Source: Xanthomonas campestris pv. campestris str. ATCC 33913 (GTDB lineage Bacteria > Pseudomonadota > Gammaproteobacteria > Xanthomonadales > Xanthomonadaceae). Taken from it: a DNA stretch of 32,000 nucleotides. The notes beneath the pieces are model-generated. The model made no database searches, had not been told where the DNA came from, and worked only from the letters and a program-made list of their open reading frames with translations. Of the stretch, positions 9,356 through 18,652 are shown one piece after another. The position numbers were made by a program, and so were the translations under genes. The DNA is taken from positions 1,057,436-1,089,435 of the forward strand of contig NC_003902.1 in assembly GCF_000007145.1 (NCBI RefSeq). Reading direction: 5' to 3'. Position 1 is the first letter of the stretch. Every line of letters begins with the position of its first letter.

Positions 9356-9712
9356 ATGGCGCGTATTGCAGGCGTCAACCTGCCAGCCCAGAAGCACGTC
9401 TGGGTCGGGTTGCAAAGCATCTACGGCATCGGCCGTACCCGTTCTAAGAAGCTCTGCGAATCCGCAGGCGTCACCTCGACCACGAAGATTCGTGATCTGT
9501 CCGAACCCGAAATCGAGCGCCTGCGCGCCGAAGTCGGCAAGTATGTCGTCGAAGGCGACCTGCGCCGCGAAATCGGTATCGCGATCAAGCGACTGATGGA
9601 TCTGGGCTGCTATCGCGGTCTGCGTCATCGCCGTGGTCACCCGCTGCGTGGCCAGCGTACCCGTACCAACGCCCGCACCCGTAAGGGTCCGCGCAAGGCG
9701 ATCAGGAAGTAA
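9356..9712 (+). CDS. rpsM: 30S ribosomal protein S13
   Basis: Track ORF 9308 is over-extended. ATG 9356 ([10 protein letters not shown]...) has GGAGA 8 nt upstream. 118 aa. Confidence 0.96.
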   Translation: MARIAGVNLPAQKHVWVGLQSIYGIGRTRSKKLCESAGVTSTTKIRDLSEPEIERLRAEVGKYVVEGDLRREIGIAIKRLMDLGCYRGLRHRRGHPLRGQRTRTNARTRKGPRKAIRK

Positions 9713-9722
9713 GGGATAGATC

Positions 9723-10115
9723 ATGGCAAAGCCAGCAGAAAAGAAAACGAAGAAGAAGATCAAGCGCGTCATCACTGACGGCGTCGCTCACGTCCACGCT
9801 TCGTTCAACAACACCATCGTCACCATCACCGATCGCCAGGGTAATGCGCTGTCGTGGGCTACGTCCGGCGGCGCCGGTTTTCGTGGTTCGCGCAAGTCGA
9901 CCCCGTTCGCTGCTCAGGTTGCCGCCGAAAAGGCTGGCCGCGCTGCGCTCGACTACGGCGTGAAGTCGCTGGAAGTGCGTATCAAGGGTCCGGGTCCGGG
10001 CCGTGAGTCGGCCGTGCGTTCGTTGAACAACGTGGGCTACAAGATCACCAACATCATCGACGTGACGCCAATCCCGCACAACGGGTGCCGTCCGCCGAAG
10101 AAGCGTCGCGTCTAA
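9723..10115 (+). CDS. rpsK: 30S ribosomal protein S11
   Basis: 130-aa ORF with [24 protein letters not shown]. Confidence 0.98.
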   Translation: MAKPAEKKTKKKIKRVITDGVAHVHASFNNTIVTITDRQGNALSWATSGGAGFRGSRKSTPFAAQVAAEKAGRAALDYGVKSLEVRIKGPGPGRESAVRSLNNVGYKITNIIDVTPIPHNGCRPPKKRRV

Positions 10116-10130
10116 AGGGAGCGATAAGAA

Positions 10131-10757
10131 ATGGCTCGTTATATCGGTCCTACCTGTAAGCTCGCGCGCCGTGAAGGTGCCGACCTTTCCCTCAAGAGCC
10201 CGGCGCGTGCGCTGGACTCCAAGTGCAAGCTTGAGCAGAAGCCCGGCCAGCACGGCGCGGCTCGCAAGGGCAAGCTCTCCGACTACGCTACCCAGCTGCG
10301 TGAAAAGCAGAAGGTCAAGCGCATCTACGGTTTGCTGGAGCGTCAGTTCCGCAACTACTACAAGAAGGCCTCGACCAAGAAGGGCAACACCGGCGAGAAC
10401 CTGCTGCAGTTGCTGGAAACCCGTCTGGACAACGTCTGCTACCGCATGGGCTTTGCCGTCACCCGTCCGGCCGCGCGCCAGCTGGTGTCGCACCGTGGCG
10501 TGCTGGTCAATGGCAAGTCGGTGAATCTGGCTTCGTACCAGATCAAGGCTGGCGATGCGATCACGCTGTCGGAAAAGGCACAGAAGCAGCTCCGCGTGCA
10601 GGAAGCCCTGACCGTGGCTGAGCAGCACGACATGACACCGTCGTGGGTCGAAGTCGATTCGAAGAAGTTCAGCGGCGTGTTCAAGGCCGTTCCGGATCGC
10701 GCCGACCTGCCTTCGGATATCAACGAAGCGCTGATCGTCGAGTTGTATTCGAAGTAA
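10131..10757 (+). CDS. rpsD: 30S ribosomal protein S4
   Basis: 208-aa [22 protein letters not shown]... with an S4 domain. Confidence 0.98.
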   Translation: MARYIGPTCKLARREGADLSLKSPARALDSKCKLEQKPGQHGAARKGKLSDYATQLREKQKVKRIYGLLERQFRNYYKKASTKKGNTGENLLQLLETRLDNVCYRMGFAVTRPAARQLVSHRGVLVNGKSVNLASYQIKAGDAITLSEKAQKQLRVQEALTVAEQHDMTPSWVEVDSKKFSGVFKAVPDRADLPSDINEALIVELYSK

Positions 10758-10771
10758 TTCACATTGGAGAG

Positions 10772-10790
10772 CCTCCGGCACCGCCGGAGG
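10772..10790 (+). other. GC-rich hairpin in the rpsD-rpoA spacer
   Basis: CCTCCGG-CACCG-CCGGAGG: 7-bp stem, 5-nt loop, no U tract. Function unknown. Confidence 0.4.
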
Positions 10791-10810
10791 TTCGCAGGAG
10801 ACCCCGCAAC

Positions 10811-11809
10811 ATGACGGTTACCGCCAACCAGGTTCTGCGCCCCCGCGGTCCGCAGATCGAACGTCTTACCGACAACCGCGCAAAGGTCGTAATCGAACCG
10901 TTGGAGCGCGGTTACGGGCACACGCTGGGCAATGCCCTGCGTCGTGTGCTGTTGTCGTCGATCCCCGGTTTTGCGATCACCGAGGTCGAGATCGACGGCG
11001 TGCTGCATGAGTACACCACGGTCGAAGGGCTGCAGGAAGACGTGCTTGACGTCCTGCTCAACCTGAAGGATGTGGCAATCCGGATGCACAGCGGCGATAG
11101 CGCCACGCTGTCGTTGTCCAAGCAGGGTCCGGGTACGGTCACTGCGGCCGACATCAGGACCGATCACAACGTTGAGATCATCAACGGCGACCACGTGATC
11201 TGCCACCTGACCAAGGACACGGCGCTGAACATGCGCCTGAAGATCGAGCGTGGTTTTGGCTATCAGCCGGCTGCCGCGCGTCGTCGTCCGGACGAAGAGA
11301 CCCGCACCATCGGTCGTCTGATGCTGGATGCGTCGTTCTCGCCCGTGCGTCGCGTTGCCTATGCCGTGGAAGCTGCACGCGTCGAACAGCGTACCGACCT
11401 CGACAAGCTGGTCATCGATATCGAAACCAACGGCACGATCGATGCCGAGGAAGCCGTGCGCACCGCCGCCGACATCCTCAGCGATCAGCTGTCGGTGTTC
11501 GGCGATTTCACCCACCGCGATCGCGGTGCGGCCAAGCCGGCTGCCAGCGGCGTGGATCCGGTGCTGCTGCGCCCGATCGACGACCTCGAGCTGACCGTGC
11601 GTTCGGCCAACTGCCTGAAGGCTGAGAGCATCTACTACATCGGCGATCTGATCCAGAAGACCGAAGTCGAGCTGCTCAAGACCCCGAATCTGGGCAAGAA
11701 GTCGCTGACCGAAATCAAGGAAGTGCTGGCACAGCGCGGCCTTGCACTGGGTATGAAGCTGGAGAACTGGCCGCCGGCCGGTGTCGCTCAGCACGGCATG
11801 CTTGGTTAA
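10811..11809 (+). CDS. rpoA: DNA-directed RNA polymerase subunit alpha
   Basis: Track ORF 10643 is over-extended into rpsD. ATG 10811 ([17 protein letters not shown]...) has AGGAG at 10796-10800. 332 aa with the alpha-CTD motif ([14 protein letters not shown]). Confidence 0.98.
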   Translation: MTVTANQVLRPRGPQIERLTDNRAKVVIEPLERGYGHTLGNALRRVLLSSIPGFAITEVEIDGVLHEYTTVEGLQEDVLDVLLNLKDVAIRMHSGDSATLSLSKQGPGTVTAADIRTDHNVEIINGDHVICHLTKDTALNMRLKIERGFGYQPAAARRRPDEETRTIGRLMLDASFSPVRRVAYAVEAARVEQRTDLDKLVIDIETNGTIDAEEAVRTAADILSDQLSVFGDFTHRDRGAAKPAASGVDPVLLRPIDDLELTVRSANCLKAESIYYIGDLIQKTEVELLKTPNLGKKSLTEIKEVLAQRGLALGMKLENWPPAGVAQHGMLG

Positions 11810-11818
11810 TGCAACACC

Positions 11819-11851
11819 GCATGGGCGTCTTCGGGCGCCCATGCTTTTTTT
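11819..11851 (+). terminator. Strong intrinsic terminator between rpoA and rplQ
   Basis: GCATGGGCGTC-TTCG-GGCGCCCATGC followed by TTTTTTT. 11-bp stem (one G.U), UUCG tetraloop, U7 tract, 10 nt after the rpoA stop. Confidence 0.8.
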
Positions 11852-11984
11852 ACATCGACGGGCCAAAGCCCGCGGTGGCACCCGGTCAAGGACAACCGGC
11901 TCGGACCAACCGCAGTCCATTCAACAGCGCCAGGATGGCGACAACGTCTCTCAGTAGTCTCAATATTCCATAGGAATCACACTC

Positions 11985-12368
11985 ATGCGTCACCAGAAAT
12001 CCGGTCGTAAGTTCAACCGCACCAGCGCGCACCGCGAGGCCATGTTCCGCAACATGGCAGCCTCGCTGTTCAAGCACGAGCTGATCAAAACCACCTTGCC
12101 GAAGGCCAAGGAACTGCGTCGTGTTGCCGAGCCGCTGATCACCATCGGCAAGGTCGATGGCGTTGCAAACCGTCGTCTGGCGTTCGCCCGCCTGCGCGAC
12201 AAGGAAGCCGTGGGCAAGCTGTTCGTCGAGCTGGGCCCGCGTTACGCGACCCGTCCCGGCGGCTACCTGCGCATCCTGAAGGCTGGCTTCCGTGCCGGTG
12301 ACAATGCGCCGATGGCGTATGTGGAGCTGGTCGACCGTCCGGTCGTCGCCGAGGAAGTGTCCGAATAA
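11985..12368 (+). CDS. rplQ: 50S ribosomal protein L17
   Basis: 127-aa [27 protein letters not shown]... SD AGGAA at 11972-11976. Confidence 0.97.
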   Translation: MRHQKSGRKFNRTSAHREAMFRNMAASLFKHELIKTTLPKAKELRRVAEPLITIGKVDGVANRRLAFARLRDKEAVGKLFVELGPRYATRPGGYLRILKAGFRAGDNAPMAYVELVDRPVVAEEVSE

Positions 12369-12399
12369 TCGGATCGTCTCGTCGCAAAGATTCTTGAAG

Positions 12400-12425
12400 G
12401 AGCCCGGCCCATGCCGGGCTTTTTC
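12400..12425 (+). terminator. Intrinsic terminator after rplQ
   Basis: AGCCCGGC-CCAT-GCCGGGCT followed by TTTT, 33 nt after the rplQ stop. Confidence 0.8.
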
Positions 12426-12429
12426 GTTG

Positions 12430-12479
12430 TGGACCAGCGGTGAGGTGTGTGCTGGCTTGCATGCGCTGGACCAGCGGTG
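12430..12479 (+). repeat. 13-bp direct repeat TGGACCAGCGGTG x2
   Basis: Identical copies at 12430-12442 and 12467-12479, in the rplQ-dsbB spacer. Confidence 0.7.
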
Positions 12480-12955
12480 TCGGCCGGTGCGCGGAAGAGG
12501 CGGCAGCTGGGCATCGGTAACGTCCACGGTGGACTGCGGCCCTTGAAGAGCGCGCTGATGCCATCGCAGTAGCGATGCCGTCCTGGCGTGTTCACGCGCA
12601 CCCGGCGCTGCTGTCCACACCACCGGCGTACGCCATCTGCTTGCCTCGGGTGCGGATGCGAAAGGACGTAAGCGGCGAGGGCCGATAACCTCATTCACGT
12701 CTGCTGTAGAGCTGTGTTCTGGTAGTGCCCCAGCGCCTGTATCAACGGGCTGCGATGCTGCCGCGCGTCGCCACCAGCGGTTCCTGCGCCAGGCTGCTCT
12801 GGTCGAAAGCGGCGCGCGGTTGCAGGCAATCAAGCGAAGCGGGTGTCAGTTAAGCGCAGCATCGGCACGGATTGCCGCAGCGGCCCCGAGCATGCGTGGT
12901 CAGCGGGCCGGGGATGGCAGATAATCCGCATCTTGGTCCTTGGCAAGCGGTAACG

Positions 12956-13474
12956 ATGAATCCATTCCGTTGGGGTTTTCGGGCGCAATTCCTGCTGGGC
13001 TTTCTGGCCTGTGCCGGCTTGCTGGCCTATGCGATCTACGTGCAGCTGCATCTGGGCCTGGAACCATGCCCGCTGTGCATTTTCCAGCGCATCGCGTTTG
13101 CCACATTGGCCTTGCTGTTCCTGCTGGGCGCCTTACATGGCCCACGTGGGGCCGGTGGGCGCAAGGCGTATGGCGTGCTGGCCTTCATTGCTGCCGGCGT
13201 GGGCATGGGCATTGCGGCGCGGCATGTGTGGGTGCAGATCCGTCCCAAGGACATGATGTCTTCGTGTGGGCCGCCGCTGAGTTTTCTGAGCGAAACGATG
13301 GGCCCGTTCGAAGTGTTCCGCACGGTGCTGACGGGCACCGGTGACTGCGGCAATATCGACTGGCGCTTTCTGGGGCTGAGCATGCCGATGTGGAGCATGG
13401 TCTGGTTTGTCGGCCTGGCGCTGTGGGCGCTGTATGCGGGCTTCAAGCACCGCGGCCCGCGCAAGTTGTTCTGA
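12956..13474 (+). CDS. dsbB: Disulfide bond formation protein B
   Basis: Start moved to ATG 12956 (MNPFRWGF...). 172 aa, four hydrophobic segments, a CPLC redox pair and a second Cys pair (SSCGPP...GDCG). Confidence 0.85.
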   Translation: MNPFRWGFRAQFLLGFLACAGLLAYAIYVQLHLGLEPCPLCIFQRIAFATLALLFLLGALHGPRGAGGRKAYGVLAFIAAGVGMGIAARHVWVQIRPKDMMSSCGPPLSFLSETMGPFEVFRTVLTGTGDCGNIDWRFLGLSMPMWSMVWFVGLALWALYAGFKHRGPRKLF

Positions 13475-13518
13475 TGGGTCCGGCTGCGGCCGGCGTCTGC
13501 GATCTTCTGGAGTACACG

Positions 13519-14910
13519 ATGTCCGCTTCTTCCCACTCGACCGACCACCAGCCGGACGCCTGGTCGCCGCAAAGCTGGCGCCAACGCACGGCGCTGCAGA
13601 TGCCGACCTATCCGGATGCGGCGGCGTTGGAGCACACGCTCGATGAGCTGCGCCAATTGCCGCCGTTGGTGACGTCGTGGGAAATCTTCGCGCTCAAGCG
13701 CCAGCTGGCCGAAGCGCAGGAGGGCAAGCGCTTCCTGCTGCAGGGCGGCGACTGCGCGGAGAACTTCAGCGATTGCGAATCGGGCACCATCTCCAATCGC
13801 CTGAAGGTGCTGCTGCAAATGAGCCTGGTGCTGGTGCATGGCTTGCGCCTGCCGGTGGTGCGGGTGGGCCGGTTTGCAGGCCAGTACGCCAAGCCGCGTT
13901 CGGCCGATACCGAGACGCGCGATGGCGTAACGCTGCCGAGCTACCGCGGTGATGTGATCAACGCGCCGGCCTTCACCGAAGCCGCGCGCGTGCCCGATCC
14001 GCGCCGCATGATCACCGCGCATTCGCGCTCGGCGATGACGATGAATTTCGTGCGGGCGCTGATCGATGGCGGCTTCGCCGACCTGCATCATCCCGAATAC
14101 TGGAATCTGCAGTGGGTGGGTTATTCGCCGCTGGCAGCCGACTACCAGAAGATGGTGTCCTCGATCGGCGATGCGGTGCGCTTCATGGAGACGTTGTCGG
14201 GAGCGGAGGTCTACAACCTCAATCGCATCGACTTCTACACCTCGCACGAGGCTTTGCTGCTGCCCTACGAAGAAGGTCTGACCCGGCAGGTGCCGCGCCA
14301 ATGGGGTTGGTTCAACCTCAGTACGCATTACCCGTGGATCGGCATGCGCACCGCGGCGCTCGATGGCGCGCATGTGGAATATCTGCGCGGCGTGCGTAAC
14401 CCGATCGCGATCAAGGTGGGGCCGTCGGTGCAGCCGGATCAGTTGCTGCGTTTGATGGATGTGCTCAATCCCGAAGACGAGCCAGGCCGCCTGAGCTTCA
14501 TTCACCGCATGGGCGCCGCACAGATTGCCGAGAAATTGCCGCCGCTGCTGGATGCGGTCAAGCGCGACGGCCGGCGCGTGCTGTGGGTGTGCGATGCGAT
14601 GCATGGCAATACCGAAAGCACCGGCAACGGCTACAAGACGCGGCGGTTCGACAACATCCGTAGCGAGGTGGAACTGTCGTTCGACCTGCACGCCGCCGCA
14701 GGCACGCGTCTTGGCGGGGTGCATCTGGAACTGACCGGCGAAGATGTCACCGAGTGCACCGGTGGCGCGCGTGAGCTGACCGAACGCGACCTCGAGCGTG
14801 CGTACCGGTCCAGCGTGGATCCGCGCCTGAATTACGAGCAGTCGCTGGAGATCGCCATGGCGATCGTACGCAAACAGCAACAGGTGGCCGCGCAGCCGCT
14901 GGGCGGCTAA
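13519..14910 (+). CDS. 3-deoxy-7-phosphoheptulonate (DAHP) synthase, class II
   Basis: Start moved to ATG 13519 (MSASSHS...). 463 aa. KRFLLQGGDCAENF and overall length match the class II (plant-like) DAHP synthase family. Confidence 0.9.
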   Translation: MSASSHSTDHQPDAWSPQSWRQRTALQMPTYPDAAALEHTLDELRQLPPLVTSWEIFALKRQLAEAQEGKRFLLQGGDCAENFSDCESGTISNRLKVLLQMSLVLVHGLRLPVVRVGRFAGQYAKPRSADTETRDGVTLPSYRGDVINAPAFTEAARVPDPRRMITAHSRSAMTMNFVRALIDGGFADLHHPEYWNLQWVGYSPLAADYQKMVSSIGDAVRFMETLSGAEVYNLNRIDFYTSHEALLLPYEEGLTRQVPRQWGWFNLSTHYPWIGMRTAALDGAHVEYLRGVRNPIAIKVGPSVQPDQLLRLMDVLNPEDEPGRLSFIHRMGAAQIAEKLPPLLDAVKRDGRRVLWVCDAMHGNTESTGNGYKTRRFDNIRSEVELSFDLHAAAGTRLGGVHLELTGEDVTECTGGARELTERDLERAYRSSVDPRLNYEQSLEIAMAIVRKQQQVAAQPLGG

Positions 14911-15136
14911 GAGCAGCGATCAAAACGACTGCGCAGCCGCCAGGCGGGCGCGGCCGGTGCTCGGAATCGGCATGTACCCCGTACACGCCGGTTCCTCCGC
15001 GCCGTCCGCACCCACCTGACGGCTGCTCGCTACGTTTTGTTAGCCGCTCTAAACGCGCGTGCGCATGACGTGATGCTCATGCCGCTTGCGGCATGCTCCT
15101 GCAGCCATCCCTCTTTCCCCCCACAGGAGGAACGGT

Positions 15137-16264
15137 TTGACTGCCGATTGGAACGTCATTCGCGAATACGCCATCCCGCTAGGCGCTGCACTGCTGGCGG
15201 GGCTGGTGGCCTGGTCATTGCTGCTGTGGCTGTTCCGCCGCATGCAGGGCCGCGACTATCGCCGCGCACGCATCATCCGCGTGGTCACCTTGCCGGCGGC
15301 CTTCATCCTGCCGCTGCTGTTTCTCAGCGTTGCCACCGAAGCCACGCCGTTGTCGGAAAAGGCGCTGGCCGCTGTGCAGCACCTGCTGCACGTGGGCATC
15401 GTCGGCTGTGTGACCTGGCTGCTGGTGCGCGCGGTGGCTGCCGGCGAGGCGGCGATCCTGCGCAGCAACCCGATCGAGGTGGCCGATAACCTCACCGCCA
15501 GACGCATCCAGACGCAGACGCGCGTGCTGAGCCGGGTGGTGATGGGTGCAGTGATCCTGCTCGGTATCTCGGTGGTGCTGCTGGGCTTTGAGCAGGTGCG
15601 CCAGATCGGCAAGACGTTATTGGCCTCGGCGGGCATCATCGGCCTGGTGGCCGGTATCGCCGCCAAGCCGGTGTTCGGCAACCTGATCGCCGGTTTGCAG
15701 ATCGCGCTGACGCAGCCGATCCGCCTGGACGATGTGGTGATTGTGGAAGGCGAATGGGGGCGGATCGAGGAGATCGGCAGCTCTTATGTGGTGGTGCGCA
15801 TCTGGGATGAGCGGCGCATGGTGGTGCCGCTGACCTGGTTCATCGAGAACCCGTTCCAGAACTGGACGCGTGCCAGCGCCGACCTGCTGGGTACCGCGTT
15901 CCTGTGGCTGGATTACCGCACGCCGATCGCCGCGGTACGCGCAGAGCTGGAGCGTATCTGCCACAGCGAGCCGCTATGGGACGGGCGTGTCTGCGTCACC
16001 CAGATCACCGATACCAGCGACAACACCATCCAGGTGCGTCTGCTGGTGAGTGCGCGTAATTCCGGCGACGCGTTCGACCTGCGCTGCCTGGTGCGCGAGC
16101 GCATGATCGATTTCCTGACCCGCGAGCACGCCTACGCATTGCCGAGGATCCGTGCCGAAATTACCGGCGAAGAAAAGCCCGCGTCCCGTACGCCGCAGCC
16201 GATCGCGCCGGAAAGCGTGCGCTCGCCGGGAGCGGAAGACGGCGAGCCTGCAGCGTCGATCTAG
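15137..16264 (+). CDS. Mechanosensitive ion channel family protein (MscS-like)
   Basis: The ORF opens at TTG 15086. I prefer TTG 15137, preceded by AGGAGG at 15125-15130. The start is uncertain. TM helices plus IIGLVAGIAAKPVFGNLIAGLQIALTQPIRLDDVV (MscS pore/beta-domain signature). Confidence 0.85.
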   Translation: MTADWNVIREYAIPLGAALLAGLVAWSLLLWLFRRMQGRDYRRARIIRVVTLPAAFILPLLFLSVATEATPLSEKALAAVQHLLHVGIVGCVTWLLVRAVAAGEAAILRSNPIEVADNLTARRIQTQTRVLSRVVMGAVILLGISVVLLGFEQVRQIGKTLLASAGIIGLVAGIAAKPVFGNLIAGLQIALTQPIRLDDVVIVEGEWGRIEEIGSSYVVVRIWDERRMVVPLTWFIENPFQNWTRASADLLGTAFLWLDYRTPIAAVRAELERICHSEPLWDGRVCVTQITDTSDNTIQVRLLVSARNSGDAFDLRCLVRERMIDFLTREHAYALPRIRAEITGEEKPASRTPQPIAPESVRSPGAEDGEPAASI

Positions 16265-16444
16265 CGTTACCTGCTAAGGCGCTTGGCCGCCGAGGTATGT
16301 GCTGGCGGCCGATCGGTTCGCGATGCTGTGCACCGACACGGCTGGCAGTGCGCAGCTGCCTGGGCTGCAAGTAGCGCGACATCCTGGTGATGTTGTTTGG
16401 TGATGTCGCTGCCTGCATCGCCTCCACGCTTCCTTGCGGTGCGG

Positions 16445-18073
16445 TCAGTCGGCCGTCTTCGGTTGCGATGGGCCCGGTGTCGCCGCCGGCGGTGCGCTTG
16501 GCGCGTAGCCGGGCGCAAACCGCGCATGGCTGCGTTGCTCGTAGGCGTAGCCCAGTTCGATCAGGCGCGGCTCGCTCCACGCGGCGCCCATGAACAGCAA
16601 TCCGAGCGGCAAGCCCTGGGTTTGCCCCATCGGCACACTCAGGCTGGGATATCCGGCCACTGCCGCGGCGCCGTAGCCGGCACCGGGAAACGTGTCGCCC
16701 TTGCCGAGCGTGGTAACCCAGGCAGGGCCGGTGGTCGGGACGATCAGCGCGTCCAGGCGGTCGGCCTTCAGTGCGGCGTCGATGCCTTGTTCGCCGGCGA
16801 GCCGTCTGGCGCTGGCGCGCGCGCTCAGATAAGCCGGGTCCTCCAGGCCCGGCGCAGCCTGCGCCTGCTCGAACAACTCCTGGCCGAAGTAGGGCATTTC
16901 GCGCTGCGCATTGGCGCGATTGAAGGCAACCAGCGCATCCAGGTCTTTGACCGGCGCGGCGTGGCTGCGCAGGTAGGCATTCAAGCCGGCCTTAAATTCG
17001 ACCAACAGGACCGTCTGCTCAGCGGCATCCCACTGTCCATCGGTGGCCAGGCGGGTTTCGATCACCGTGGCGCCTGCCGCGCGCAGGGTCTGTACGGCGC
17101 GATCCAACGCGGCGGCGATCGCGGGATCCTCGCGCAGTGGATTGCGCAACAGGCCCAGGCGCGCGCCGCGCAGGCCATCGGGTTTGAGGTGGGCGAGATA
17201 GTTCGGTGTGGACGACGGCGCAGTGCGCGTGGCCGGATCCTGCGGATCGGGTGCGGCAATTGCCTGCAGTACCGCGGCCGCATCGGCAACGCTGCGCGTC
17301 ATCGGCCCGGCGGTGTCCTGGCTGGCCGAGATGGGAATGATGCCGTCACGGCTGACCAGACCCACCGTGGGCTTGAGCCCGACCAGGCCATTGACTGCAG
17401 CCCGGCAGGTGATGCTGCCATCGGTCTCGGTGCCGATGCCTACCGTCGCCAGGCTGGCGGCAATCGCCGCGCCGGTGCCGGCGCTGGAGCCGCATGGGTT
17501 GCGGTCCAGCGCGTACGGATTACGAGTCAGCCCGCCGCGGCCGCTCCAGCCCGAACTGGATTGGGTAGAGCGAAAATTGGCCCATTCGCTGAGGTTGGTC
17601 TTGCCCAGGATCACCGCGCCCGCCGCGCGCAGGCGCCGCACCAGGAACGCATCCTGTGTGGGACGGAAGCTGGCCAACGCCAGCGACCCGGCGCTGTTGA
17701 CCATCGGCAGCGCGTCGATGTTGTCCTTGAGCAGGAGCGGGATGCCGTGCAGCGGGCCGCGCACCTGGCCGGCACGACGTTCGGCATCCAGCGCGGCGGC
17801 GTCGGCTTCGGCCTGCGGGTTCAGTTCGATCACTGCATTTAGGCGTGGTCCGCTGCGGTCGATGCGGGCGATGCGTTGCAGGTAGGCGTACGTGAGTTGG
17901 GCGCTGCTGGACCGGCCGGCCTGCATGCGGGCCTGCAGGGCCGCAATATCGGCTTCGACCACTTCGACAGGCGCAGACGGCACGGATGCGTCGGCGACAA
18001 CGGGCTTGTCGGCAGCAACGGCGCAGCCGCTCAACGCGGCCAGGGAAAGCAGGGACAGGATGGGTGTGCGCAT
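16445..18073 (-). CDS. Amidase-signature family hydrolase, probable lipoprotein
   Basis: ORF 16445..18088. ATG 18073 gives MRTPILSLLSLAALSGC (lipobox LSGC). The amidase signature region contains GSSAGTGAAIAA. Confidence 0.88.
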   Translation of the reverse strand: MRTPILSLLSLAALSGCAVAADKPVVADASVPSAPVEVVEADIAALQARMQAGRSSSAQLTYAYLQRIARIDRSGPRLNAVIELNPQAEADAAALDAERRAGQVRGPLHGIPLLLKDNIDALPMVNSAGSLALASFRPTQDAFLVRRLRAAGAVILGKTNLSEWANFRSTQSSSGWSGRGGLTRNPYALDRNPCGSSAGTGAAIAASLATVGIGTETDGSITCRAAVNGLVGLKPTVGLVSRDGIIPISASQDTAGPMTRSVADAAAVLQAIAAPDPQDPATRTAPSSTPNYLAHLKPDGLRGARLGLLRNPLREDPAIAAALDRAVQTLRAAGATVIETRLATDGQWDAAEQTVLLVEFKAGLNAYLRSHAAPVKDLDALVAFNRANAQREMPYFGQELFEQAQAAPGLEDPAYLSARASARRLAGEQGIDAALKADRLDALIVPTTGPAWVTTLGKGDTFPGAGYGAAAVAGYPSLSVPMGQTQGLPLGLLFMGAAWSEPRLIELGYAYEQRSHARFAPGYAPSAPPAATPGPSQPKTAD

Positions 18074-18163
18074 CGTCGGTTTCCCCAAGGATCAGCTTCG
18101 CAGGCTAGCGGCGCTGCGGCGGGGTGACAACGTGTCGAACGGGTATCGCAGTGAGCGGTGGCG

Positions 18164-18634
18164 TCAGCGACGTCGGCGCCGCACCAGGTCGCGCGCCAGC
18201 ACGCCGACCACGATCAGGTTGATCGCCAGCACGCCCCAGGCGGTCCAGCCGGGATGGCGGACGATGGCGTAGATATCGAATGGCAAATAGATGGCGGCAG
18301 ACAGGCAGCCGAGCACGGAGGCCCAGGCCTTGGCACGCCACAACCCCCAGGCTTCCACCACATGCAGCAGGCCGTAGGCCAGCATGGCGGCGGCGGCCAG
18401 ATGCACCGCGTCGGGGTTGATGGTCTTGAGCAACGACGGCAGTGCGCCGTGGTCGGGGTCCAGACTGAAACGGCGGATCAGCGTACTGACCGCATGTTGC
18501 AGCGGGAGCGGGCCCAGAATTTCCAGGCCCGTCGCCGCCAGGATCGCAAGCATGCCCTTGACCGCCTCGAGCAAGGCGATCAGGTGCAGCCCCGGATGCG
18601 CACGCGGATCCGGGCTGTAGGGCGTGTCGCTCAC
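18164..18634 (-). CDS. Small integral membrane protein (DUF2127-like)
   Basis: 156-aa ORF with a GTG start, several hydrophobic helices and a basic C-terminus (RRRRR). Lies 18 nt downstream of typA on the same strand. Family assignment is from memory. Confidence 0.55.
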   Translation of the reverse strand: MSDTPYSPDPRAHPGLHLIALLEAVKGMLAILAATGLEILGPLPLQHAVSTLIRRFSLDPDHGALPSLLKTINPDAVHLAAAAMLAYGLLHVVEAWGLWRAKAWASVLGCLSAAIYLPFDIYAIVRHPGWTAWGVLAINLIVVGVLARDLVRRRRR

Positions 18635-18652
18635 GACCGTAGGCCTAAACGA

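Noticed and set aside
10643-10810. N-terminal extensions of track ORFs. Examples: rpoA from 10643, rpsM from 9308, rpmD from 6967, dsbB from 12872, DAHP synthase from 13390, PPIase from 20679, GST to 23223, hydrolase to 23638, fadH to 29101, dehydrogenase to 30576.
   Set aside because: The extensions overlap upstream genes or lack an SD. Internal ATGs give N-termini collinear with known orthologs and are preceded by AGGAG-type SD sequences.
11886-12833. 315-aa minus-strand ORF covering rplQ (antisense) and most of the rplQ-dsbB spacer
   Set aside because: Half of it is antisense to rplQ. The translation is R/A/P-rich with no recognisable domain, so it is not used to explain the spacer.
13036-14880. 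614-aa ORF antisense to the DAHP synthase gene (and to part of dsbB)
   Set aside because: Same reasoning: it is antisense to a confidently identified gene, with an arginine/alanine-rich translation that matches nothing I recognise.
15078-15095. Hairpin CATGCCG-CTTG-CGGCATG between the DAHP synthase and MscS-like genes, as a possible terminator
   Set aside because: The stem is only 7 bp, no U tract follows, and it lies about 170 nt after the DAHP synthase stop. That is insufficient to call a terminator.
16397-17842. 481-aa + strand ORF antisense to the amidase gene
   Set aside because: Shadow ORF. The amidase reading frame has a lipoprotein signal peptide and the amidase signature, whereas this frame is R/A/G-rich low complexity.
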